Below, in pieces: positions 29,123 to 36,777 of a stretch of DNA of 41,583 nt (position 1 is the stretch's first letter; each line of letters opens with the position of its first letter). The stretch spans positions 1 to 41,583 of the forward strand of contig WFRP01000125.1 in assembly GCA_015486505.1 (NCBI GenBank), in the 5' to 3' direction. The position numbers were made by a program, and so were the translations under genes. Under the pieces are notes generated by a model. The model was given only the letters and a program-made list of their open reading frames with translations. It had not been told where the DNA came from and searched no databases. The DNA comes from Pseudomonadota bacterium. Lineage in GTDB: Bacteria; Desulfobacterota; Anaeroferrophillalia; Anaeroferrophillales; Tharpellaceae.

Positions 29123-29133
29123 TGAAACTTTCA

Positions 29134-29272
29134 TTAGTACCTTACAGGTTATTTTCGGTTTGAAAAAACAAGAAAATGTTCTGATAAGAGTACTTATTTG
29201 CGACCAGCGGAAGTGCCCCTGGGTACGGGCCGAAAAGGCCTGTTTGGGTTGCGGGATTTGTTCCCGCATTAG
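29134..29272 (-). repeat. repeat family A, single long copy
   Basis: reverse-complement unit flanked by TTAG on both sides. Confidence 0.95.
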
Positions 29273-29371
29273 AATAATAGACTGCATCTGTAAACAAGAC
29301 CGGCGGGAAGCCAGACAGCTGACCGACAAGGTTCAGCTTGGCTCCCGCCGGCGGTGGTTTGAATTTTGATC

Positions 29372-30190
29372 ATGAACGATTCGTATAAGTTAAAACTGAT
29401 CGCCATTCTGGTCATTGCATCGGCAATGATTTGCGGCTGTGCCGGTACTAATCAACAGCGCGAGGAGCAGGCAATCTACCACCGCCTTAACGCAATTGAA
29501 CAACAACAGGCAATCTTGCAGCGCGAGAGCGCCAGTGCCCAGAAAAAACTCAACGCCGACACCAACATCCGGCTTGACAACCTCGAAAGAGAGTTAAAAC
29601 TGCTCAGCGAGTCGGTTGAGGATGCCCTGGCCCGGCCCGAAGAAGTAAAATCAATTGACAAGTTTGAATTTGAAGGAACCATTGCCAACCTGGAGAAACG
29701 AATCCAGCAACTTGAGCAGGGAACAGCCACGGCTGCCCCAAATTCAGCCAAACCTAAAAACAACGTCCGGACTCCCCCGAGGCCGGCCCGCCCCGCCGCC
29801 AAAAAAGCCCCAGGCGCCCGCGAAAAGGCCCTCTATGACGATGCCTACAGCACTTTTAAGCGCGGCAATTTCAAAACGGCAAAAAATAAATTCGCAAAGT
29901 TTATTAAAACTTTCCCCAACAGCGGCTACAAGGTTAATTCTCAATTCTGGATCGGCGAATGCTATTATAAGATTGGAGATTACGCTGAAGCAATCATCAG
30001 GTATGATGAAATCATAGCCCAAGCCCCCCACCACCAGAAAGCGGCCAGCGCCCTCCTGAAACAGGGTTTTGCTTTCCTGAAACTCGGGGATACGACTGAC
30101 GGCAAACTAATTCTTGATAAAGTAGTCACAAACTACCCGAAAAGTGACCAGGCTGAAATTGCGCGGCGCAAACTCAAAACCATAAAATAG
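29372..30190 (+). CDS. cpoB: Tol-Pal system protein CpoB/YbgF
   Basis: lipobox ICGC, coiled coil, TPR region F..FPNS....SQFWIGE, ALLKQG, YPKS..A; after pal. Confidence 0.9.
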   Translation: MNDSYKLKLIAILVIASAMICGCAGTNQQREEQAIYHRLNAIEQQQAILQRESASAQKKLNADTNIRLDNLERELKLLSESVEDALARPEEVKSIDKFEFEGTIANLEKRIQQLEQGTATAAPNSAKPKNNVRTPPRPARPAAKKAPGAREKALYDDAYSTFKRGNFKTAKNKFAKFIKTFPNSGYKVNSQFWIGECYYKIGDYAEAIIRYDEIIAQAPHHQKAASALLKQGFAFLKLGDTTDGKLILDKVVTNYPKSDQAEIARRKLKTIK

Positions 30191-30244
30191 CCGCAGCCGC
30201 GACATCGATGGCACAGGTTGTGCAGTTGTGCTAATATTAACATT

Positions 30245-30396
30245 TTCGTACCTTACAGGTTATTTTCTGCACCAAAAAACAAGATTTAATAGTCAGAAAA
30301 TGTTCTGATAAGAGTACTTATTTGCGACCAGCGGAAGTGCCCCTGGGTACGGGCCAAAAAAGCCCGATTGGGTTGCGGGATCTGTTCCCGCGTTAG
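30245..30396 (-). repeat. repeat family A, single long copy
   Basis: reverse-complement unit, flanks TTCG / TTAG. Confidence 0.93.
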
Positions 30397-30474
30397 ACAG
30401 TTCTCATAATACTTTATACCATACCCGAATATAATTACTAAAAAGTAACCAAAAACCGGGAGCCAATCCAATTT

Positions 30475-31539
30475 ATGTTATTCAGAAGAGACAAAACCCT
30501 GCTGGGCTTAAACATCGGCTCCGGCTACATTAAAATTGTTGAGCTCAAAGATTCCGGTTCAGTTCACACACTGAGTAGTTTCGGCTTGGCGGCCCTGCCT
30601 CCCGACGCGATTGTTGACGGAACAATCATGGACGCTTCCGCCATCGTCAATGCGATCATCAACCTTGCCGCCAATCTTAAGGTTAAAAAGAAACGGATCA
30701 GCACGTCAATCTCCGGCCACTCGGTTATCATAAAGAAAATAACCCTCCCGCTGATGGATGAAAACACCATCGAAGAAACGATCCACCAGGAAGCCACCCA
30801 GCATATTCCTTACGACATAAGCGATGTCAATCTTGACTTCCAGATTTTAGGCCCGAATGCGGACAATTCCGACAATATGGATATAATTCTGGTCGCCGTC
30901 AAAAAAGACACGATCAATGACTATCTGACCCTGGTTGAAATGGCCGGTTTTACCCCGGTAGTGGTTGATGTCGACACTTTTGCCCTCGAAAACACCTTTG
31001 AACATAACTATGAAGATAATGGAAAAAAAATAGTTGCCTTAATTGATATCGGGGCAAACTTGACCTGTATCAACATACTGGATGACGGCGTAACCTGTTT
31101 TTCGCGTAATATCACCTCCGGCAGCCGCGTTATCACCGAACAACTGCAGAAACAGTTCTCCTTAAGTTACGAGCAGGCCGAACTCCTCAAAATGGGCAGC
31201 CCGGAAAATTTTGCCGACGATATCACGGTTGCAATTTCAGCCATTAAAGAGGCGGCCTTCCCGCTAATCAACGAAATCATCAAAGCCATTGATTTTTTTC
31301 ACACTTCGGCGGTCGCGGATGGCCGCATTGAAAAAATCGTCTTAAGCGGGGGCGGCGCCAAAACCTTTAACATCATTAAAGACATTAAGAACAAATCCGG
31401 GATTGAGACTGAACTGGTCGATCCATTTCGCAATATCATGGTTCCGGAAAAATATTTTGATCTGGAATACATTCGTGAAATCGGCCCAATTGCCGCGGTC
31501 GCCACGGGCCTGGCCCTGCGCAAGGATGAGGTCAGCTGA
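30475..31539 (+). CDS. pilM: type IV pilus assembly protein PilM
   Basis: GLNIGS..IK.VEL, AIVDG, IPYDISDV.LDFQIL, LIDIGA, LSGGGA, VATGLALR. Confidence 0.94.
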   Translation: MLFRRDKTLLGLNIGSGYIKIVELKDSGSVHTLSSFGLAALPPDAIVDGTIMDASAIVNAIINLAANLKVKKKRISTSISGHSVIIKKITLPLMDENTIEETIHQEATQHIPYDISDVNLDFQILGPNADNSDNMDIILVAVKKDTINDYLTLVEMAGFTPVVVDVDTFALENTFEHNYEDNGKKIVALIDIGANLTCINILDDGVTCFSRNITSGSRVITEQLQKQFSLSYEQAELLKMGSPENFADDITVAISAIKEAAFPLINEIIKAIDFFHTSAVADGRIEKIVLSGGGAKTFNIIKDIKNKSGIETELVDPFRNIMVPEKYFDLEYIREIGPIAAVATGLALRKDEVS

Positions 31540-32153
31540 TGATCCATATAAACCTTCTGCCGGTACGAGCTGAACGTCGTAAAGAGTTCATCCGTAAACA
31601 ACTTTCAATTGCCGCGCTCACAATTTTCTTTGCCATTGCGGTTATGGGCCTCCTTTTTTTCCGGATTCAGGGACAATTAAATAAAACTAAAAGCTCTCTG
31701 GCAAGAACCAACAAAAAAATAAAGCAGCTGGACCCGGTCATCAAAAAGATTGACGCTTTCAAAAAAGAAAAAGCCGAGATCAGCAAAAAAATATCAGTTA
31801 TAATTGATCTTGACCGCTATCGCCTGGCCCCGGTAGTCGTGCTTTACGATCTCAACCGGCAGCGGCCGGAGAAACTCTGGTACACCGACATCAAGGAAAA
31901 CAACCGGCACCTGACCGTAAGCGGGGTCGCAATTGACAATGAAACCATCGTCAAGTTCCTGAACAACCTGAAAAAATCAATCCCTCTGCACAATTCCGAC
32001 CTGACTCTGCTGCGCTCTCAGAATATCCAGAAGCTGGATCTTAAAAAATTCACTATCGACTGTCCGCTGGATCTTGACGCCTTACCGGAAATGCTGGAAA
32101 AATCAGCTGCAACTCCGCCGGTTATTGCTGCAGAGGAGGAACAAAATGGCTGA
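31539..32153 (+). CDS. pilN: type IV pilus assembly protein PilN
   Basis: MIHINLLP motif, single TM, coiled coil. Confidence 0.93.
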   Translation: MIHINLLPVRAERRKEFIRKQLSIAALTIFFAIAVMGLLFFRIQGQLNKTKSSLARTNKKIKQLDPVIKKIDAFKKEKAEISKKISVIIDLDRYRLAPVVVLYDLNRQRPEKLWYTDIKENNRHLTVSGVAIDNETIVKFLNNLKKSIPLHNSDLTLLRSQNIQKLDLKKFTIDCPLDLDALPEMLEKSAATPPVIAAEEEQNG

Positions 32154-32754
32154 TTTCAGCTTTGATTTTCTCCATAACACTCCGGCCCCCAAACGCGCTT
32201 TAATGTTGTTGGGGATAGTGGCTCTTCTGGCCGGCGGTTTCACCTACTTTATCTATATGCCCAAGCTGAAAACCCTGCAGAGAACCGAACGTAAGCTTAA
32301 AAAGGCTCGGGTAACGCTGCATCAGACGCAGCAGGTTGCAAGTCAGCTCCCCAAATTAGAAGCGGAAATTGCCAGGCTTAATATTGCCTTCAAAAAAGCT
32401 CTGAAGAAATTACCGGACAGTAAAGAAATCCCGGCCCTCCTCCTGAAAATAACTAAACTGGGCAAAGAAGCAAAACTTTCATTCAACCTGTTTCAACCGT
32501 TGGGCAACCGCAACCGGGATTTCTATGCCGAGGTTCCGATTGATATTGAAGTTCAGGGCGGTTACCATGCTATCGGCCGGTTTTTCAGCCAGATCTGCGC
32601 GATGCCGAGAATTGTAAACGTTTACAATTATTCCCTGGGTGATTACAAGCTGACGGCCGACGGCGACCCTCAGCTTAAAGCCAGGTTTCAGGCGGTCACC
32701 TATACATTTATCGATAAACCCGAACCCAAACTCAAAAAGGGTAAGAAGAAATAA
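32146..32754 (+). CDS. pilO: type IV pilus assembly protein PilO
   Basis: TM, LP..KEIPALL, FYAEVPI, GGYH.IG.FF, MPRIVN; ATG 32146 follows GAGGAGG. Confidence 0.93.
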   Translation: MADFSFDFLHNTPAPKRALMLLGIVALLAGGFTYFIYMPKLKTLQRTERKLKKARVTLHQTQQVASQLPKLEAEIARLNIAFKKALKKLPDSKEIPALLLKITKLGKEAKLSFNLFQPLGNRNRDFYAEVPIDIEVQGGYHAIGRFFSQICAMPRIVNVYNYSLGDYKLTADGDPQLKARFQAVTYTFIDKPEPKLKKGKKK

Positions 32755-33320
32755 TGGCTAGACTTTTTACCGGATTACGCTTCAGCTGCGCCCTGTTGTG
32801 CGTCTGCCTGATGCTGGTTACCCTTGACTCTCCGGCTTTTGCCGGCAAGAAGAGTAAACCGGATAATGTTACTGAACCATTAACCGCGGAAAAACTCAAA
32901 ATTCTTGATAATAAAAAAATTATATTTTCATATAAATCATTGGGGCGCAAGGATCCTTTCCGTCCTTTCATCGACTTCTCTCAGGTTGAAAGACCAATCC
33001 CAACCGATACCAGCCGCCCCCTGACCCCGTTGGAGAAGTACGCCCTGAATCAGTATCGGCTGGTCGGTATAATTCTTGCCGGAGATATGAACAATTACGC
33101 TCTGGTTGAAGATCCGGAAAATGTCGGTTATACCGTAAAGGTTGGGGATATGATCGGCAACATGAGCGGCCAGGTAAAAGAGATAAAATTTAATGAGCTC
33201 GTAATTGAAGAACCCTACCTTGATATATTCGACAGGGAGCAGATCCGTACCATATCCATCCGGCTTCGGGATCTTGAAGAAGAAAGTTATCTCCAACTGG
33301 AAAATGAAAATAGTGAGTAA
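32754..33320 (+). CDS. pilP: type IV pilus assembly protein PilP
   Basis: Y...GRKDPFRP, PLEKY.L.Q..LVGI, ALVED, VKVGD.IG...G.V. Confidence 0.9.
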   Translation: MARLFTGLRFSCALLCVCLMLVTLDSPAFAGKKSKPDNVTEPLTAEKLKILDNKKIIFSYKSLGRKDPFRPFIDFSQVERPIPTDTSRPLTPLEKYALNQYRLVGIILAGDMNNYALVEDPENVGYTVKVGDMIGNMSGQVKEIKFNELVIEEPYLDIFDREQIRTISIRLRDLEEESYLQLENENSE

Positions 33321-33324
33321 AACC

Positions 33325-35094
33325 ATGATTTATACTATCCGACGAAAATTTTCGCTGGCATACTTAATCCCGGCGTTGATGTTGCTCAGTCCAGGATTTG
33401 TCAATTTCACGAATGCCGCGCCGGAATCCCCGAAATTCCCGGTATCTAACAATACAATAAGCTTTACGGCTGAACCGACAGACCACACGGTACAGTTACG
33501 TTTTGTAACAACCTCCGACAAAAAAATAAACTACAAACTTTTCACCCTTGATGCCCCGCCGCGACTGGTCATCGACTTTCCGCAAGCCACCTATATTAAA
33601 AATAATATTAATGAAGCATTGAAACATTGTGGTTTCAGCCGACTTCGGGTTTCCAGTGATATCGAAAAGGTTCGCTTTGTCCTGGATACCGAATATACCA
33701 CCCTGCCGCCCTTCACCCAGTCAGCCCGGAATCAAAAATTACTGCTGACTTTGCAACAAGCGGCTCCGGGAAGCGTCAAAACCATTGCTACCCCAGCTAA
33801 AGCCGAGAAAACTGTCGCAAAACCGGCTTTCAAGCCTGGAAACAACCCGATAAGTATCGATTTCAAGGATACTGACATTCAGAATGTCTTTCGCTTTTTG
33901 GCTGAAATCAACCACCTCAATGTGGTAATGAGTGATGATGTCTCCGGCACGGTTACCTTGCGCTTGAAAGAAGTGCCCTGGAAACAGGTGTTGAGCATAG
34001 TTTTAAAAACTCATCAGCTCGGTATGGAACGTACCGGCAATGTCGTTCGCATTGCCCCGCTCAGCGTCTTCGCCAGTGAACAGCAGGCCCTCGATGAAAA
34101 GCGTCGCGCTGAAGCTGAAAGCAAAAAAACCGATGAAGAGATCCAGGACACCGTCTTAAAGATACTTAAAGTTAATTTTGCCAACATTGATGAAGTTGCC
34201 GACAAGATTGAAAATACCATTTTGAGTGACCGCGGCACGGTCGAAACCGACCCGCGTACCAATTCTTTAATCATAACCGACATACCGGATCGCATCGCTC
34301 AGGCGGAATCCCTGTTAAGGAAACTTGACGAACCGGTCAAACAGGTGATGATTGAGGCCAAGATCGTCAAGATCGAGCGTAAATCCGTGCATGAACTGGG
34401 TGTTCAATGGGGCGGGGCCTGGGGCAAGAGCAGTAATGATCGTTACTACGGCATTAATGGTAATGATTCTATGGGTGGAACCGGTTTACCGCCGGTAACC
34501 GACGGCGGTACGGTCCCGGCAGTTCCGAGTTCTTATGCCGTCAATCTGCCGACAACCGCGGTTACCAGCGGTATCGGCCTGATTTTCGGCAAACTTGATA
34601 AATACAACCTTAACCTGAAATTGTCGGCCATGCAGGGACAGGGGCTTGCGAATATCCTCTCATCCCCGAAAGTTCTCGCCTTAAATCAGCACCCGGCCCG
34701 AATCGGCCAGGGGCAGGAGATCCCCTACCAGACGACTTCCCAGGATGGCACCACCACGGAATTTAAAAAGGCTGAACTCAGCCTGGAAGTAACCCCGACA
34801 ATAACCAATAACGGCATGGTCTCGATGGAGGTGATCGTCAGCAAGGATTCCAAAGGTGAAAATACAACCGACGGTCCCGCCATCAATACGCAGACAATTA
34901 CAACTTCTTTACTCCTCAAAGACGGGGAAACCGCGGTTGTCGGCGGGATTATCGAAAGCAACAAAACCAATGCCAATCAGAATGTGCCGGTTCTCGGAAA
35001 GATTCCGATGTTAGGCTGGCTTTTCCGGCATGACTACAAAGATTCCGACCGCAGCGAGCTGATGATTTTCATCACGCCGAGAATCATCCGGTAG
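33325..35094 (+). CDS. pilQ: type IV pilus secretin PilQ
   Basis: signal peptide, AMIN domain (PPRLVID), ISIDFKD, D.RTNSLI, QVMIEAKIV, VPVLGKIP.LGWLF, ELMIFITPRII; start could also be ATG 33304. Confidence 0.94.
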   Translation: MIYTIRRKFSLAYLIPALMLLSPGFVNFTNAAPESPKFPVSNNTISFTAEPTDHTVQLRFVTTSDKKINYKLFTLDAPPRLVIDFPQATYIKNNINEALKHCGFSRLRVSSDIEKVRFVLDTEYTTLPPFTQSARNQKLLLTLQQAAPGSVKTIATPAKAEKTVAKPAFKPGNNPISIDFKDTDIQNVFRFLAEINHLNVVMSDDVSGTVTLRLKEVPWKQVLSIVLKTHQLGMERTGNVVRIAPLSVFASEQQALDEKRRAEAESKKTDEEIQDTVLKILKVNFANIDEVADKIENTILSDRGTVETDPRTNSLIITDIPDRIAQAESLLRKLDEPVKQVMIEAKIVKIERKSVHELGVQWGGAWGKSSNDRYYGINGNDSMGGTGLPPVTDGGTVPAVPSSYAVNLPTTAVTSGIGLIFGKLDKYNLNLKLSAMQGQGLANILSSPKVLALNQHPARIGQGQEIPYQTTSQDGTTTEFKKAELSLEVTPTITNNGMVSMEVIVSKDSKGENTTDGPAINTQTITTSLLLKDGETAVVGGIIESNKTNANQNVPVLGKIPMLGWLFRHDYKDSDRSELMIFITPRIIR

Positions 35095-35107
35095 AAGCCG
35101 AGCCTAG

Positions 35108-35246
35108 GAGGTTGTCCGAGAATAGGATTTTTTTCTCAGATCAAGGCATTTTTTGACAATAAGCGCAGACATACACCTAGTATTTCGAGCATTATTTTCA
35201 AAAAATAACGCAGAGATGGGGAAAAAAGACGTTCTCGGACAGCCTC
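35108..35246. mobile_element. 139-bp miniature inverted-repeat element, family D
   Basis: 15-bp TIRs GAGGTTGTCCGAGAA / TTCTCGGACAGCCTC (1 mismatch) flanked by CTAG on both sides. Confidence 0.8.
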
Positions 35247-35251
35247 CTAGA

Positions 35252-36499
35252 TCACAAATAGTTAACCGGCAATTGGATAACCTTATCCGTCAACAGCTCA
35301 ACCCGACGACCCCGATTAACCAGGATTCCTAAATTTGCGCCCGTATCACTAATGAAATTTTTCAACCCTCGTAAATCCCGTCTCCGATTTATGGTTGAAC
35401 TCAGTTTTATTTCAACTGGAATCAGGCCGTTTACCCCATCAATAACCAAGTCAACCTCGGATTTATCGATCGTTCGGTAGTATGTATACTCCAAGCCGGT
35501 CGCCATGGTTGACTGCAAACCTCTTATAATCTCTTCAATAACAAAAGCTTCGAAAGAAAACCCGGCGACCGGGTGGATAAGCAAAGAATCAAGATCCCTG
35601 ATTTTGAGAAAACTATGCAGTAATCCCTGATCTCGAAAAAATCCTTTCTTTGCCTTTTGGATTTTTTTTAATTTATTTTTGCTGAATGGCAGTAAATTTC
35701 GCCAGATAAAAGTCTGGTGAATAATATCCAAGTAGTCTTTGACCGTGGTCACACTCACTTCTAGTGCCCGGGCAATCTCACTCATATTTAATTGATGGCC
35801 GGAAAACTGAGCCAACAGAGTCATAAACCTTCTAAAACTATGCATATTCAGTCGCGGAAACAACCCCCTGATATCCCGACTGATATAATCTTTAATATAG
35901 TTCTCCTGCCATTGCTCATAAAAACCGGGATGCCGCTCACCCACAATCAAGGGCTCAGGAAAACCGCCCTTAAACCAGACATTCATACTTTCGACCAGAC
36001 TTATTTTGCTCGTAAGAGATAAGAAATCTTTATTATCACTATCAGGGCCATTTGCAATTAACAAGTGATAGATATCCGGAATTCTCTTCTCGTAGTATTC
36101 GCACTGTTTAAATGGCCACATTTCTACAGTAACTATGCGTCCGGCCAGACTTTCACTTATTCCTTTAGCAATTTCCGGAGAGCTTGAACCTGTTAGAATA
36201 AATCGGCCTTTTTTCTGGCGATCCTGATCTATAACACCGCGCAAAATCTGAAAGAGTTCAGGATACTGCTGCGCTTCATCAATAATAACTCCAGCACTAT
36301 TGAGAGCAAAAAATGCCACCGGATCACTACTTATCAGTTGATAGTCATCCGGGCTTTCAAGATCATAATATCGCCATTCCGGCCGCATTTGCCGCACCAA
36401 AGTCGATTTTCCACATTGCCGGGGTCCGACAACCGCCACCACCGGAAACATCTCCAGTAGATGGTTGATTTTACCCTCTATAATTCGCGCTTTACCCAT
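35252..36499 (-). CDS. AAA+ ATPase (AAA_14) with DUF4143 domain
   Basis: Walker A GPRQCGKST, Walker B IIDEAQ, FILTGSS, ESLAGR, GGFPE, C-terminal YYR....EVDLV...IPVEIK. Confidence 0.9.
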   Translation of the reverse strand: MGKARIIEGKINHLLEMFPVVAVVGPRQCGKSTLVRQMRPEWRYYDLESPDDYQLISSDPVAFFALNSAGVIIDEAQQYPELFQILRGVIDQDRQKKGRFILTGSSSPEIAKGISESLAGRIVTVEMWPFKQCEYYEKRIPDIYHLLIANGPDSDNKDFLSLTSKISLVESMNVWFKGGFPEPLIVGERHPGFYEQWQENYIKDYISRDIRGLFPRLNMHSFRRFMTLLAQFSGHQLNMSEIARALEVSVTTVKDYLDIIHQTFIWRNLLPFSKNKLKKIQKAKKGFFRDQGLLHSFLKIRDLDSLLIHPVAGFSFEAFVIEEIIRGLQSTMATGLEYTYYRTIDKSEVDLVIDGVNGLIPVEIKLSSTINRRRDLRGLKNFISDTGANLGILVNRGRRVELLTDKVIQLPVNYL

Positions 36500-36508
36500 G
36501 ATATTTAA

Positions 36509-36537
36509 ACTCTACACCTAATATCAATGGTTGTCAA
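36509..36537 (-). promoter_or_regulatory. putative sigma70 promoter of the AAA+ gene
   Basis: TTGACA-17 bp-TAGAGT ending 9 nt before the ATG. Confidence 0.6.
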
Positions 36538-36699
36538 ATAATAGTTTAAAAATAACTTATTGAATAAAACATATTAGTGCCGGCGCGAAGCAAAAGGCGG
36601 CGTTCTCGATATTCGTCGAAGCTCAAAGCCGTTTATCTATTTTGCGTTTCCCGGCAAAGGTAAAACTTGACCCCTACTACCTACACACCCAAAACGAAT

Positions 36700-36743
36700 A
36701 AAAAAAGGGTGTTGGTGTTCCGCTTGGGACACCAACACCCTTT
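36700..36743 (-). terminator. intrinsic terminator after the large secreted protein gene
   Basis: transcript AAAGGGUGUUGGUGU-loop-ACACCAACACCC followed by a U7 tract. Confidence 0.85.
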
Positions 36744-36777
36744 AATTGTATGTTCTATAGCAAAAAAGCTCCTTGAG

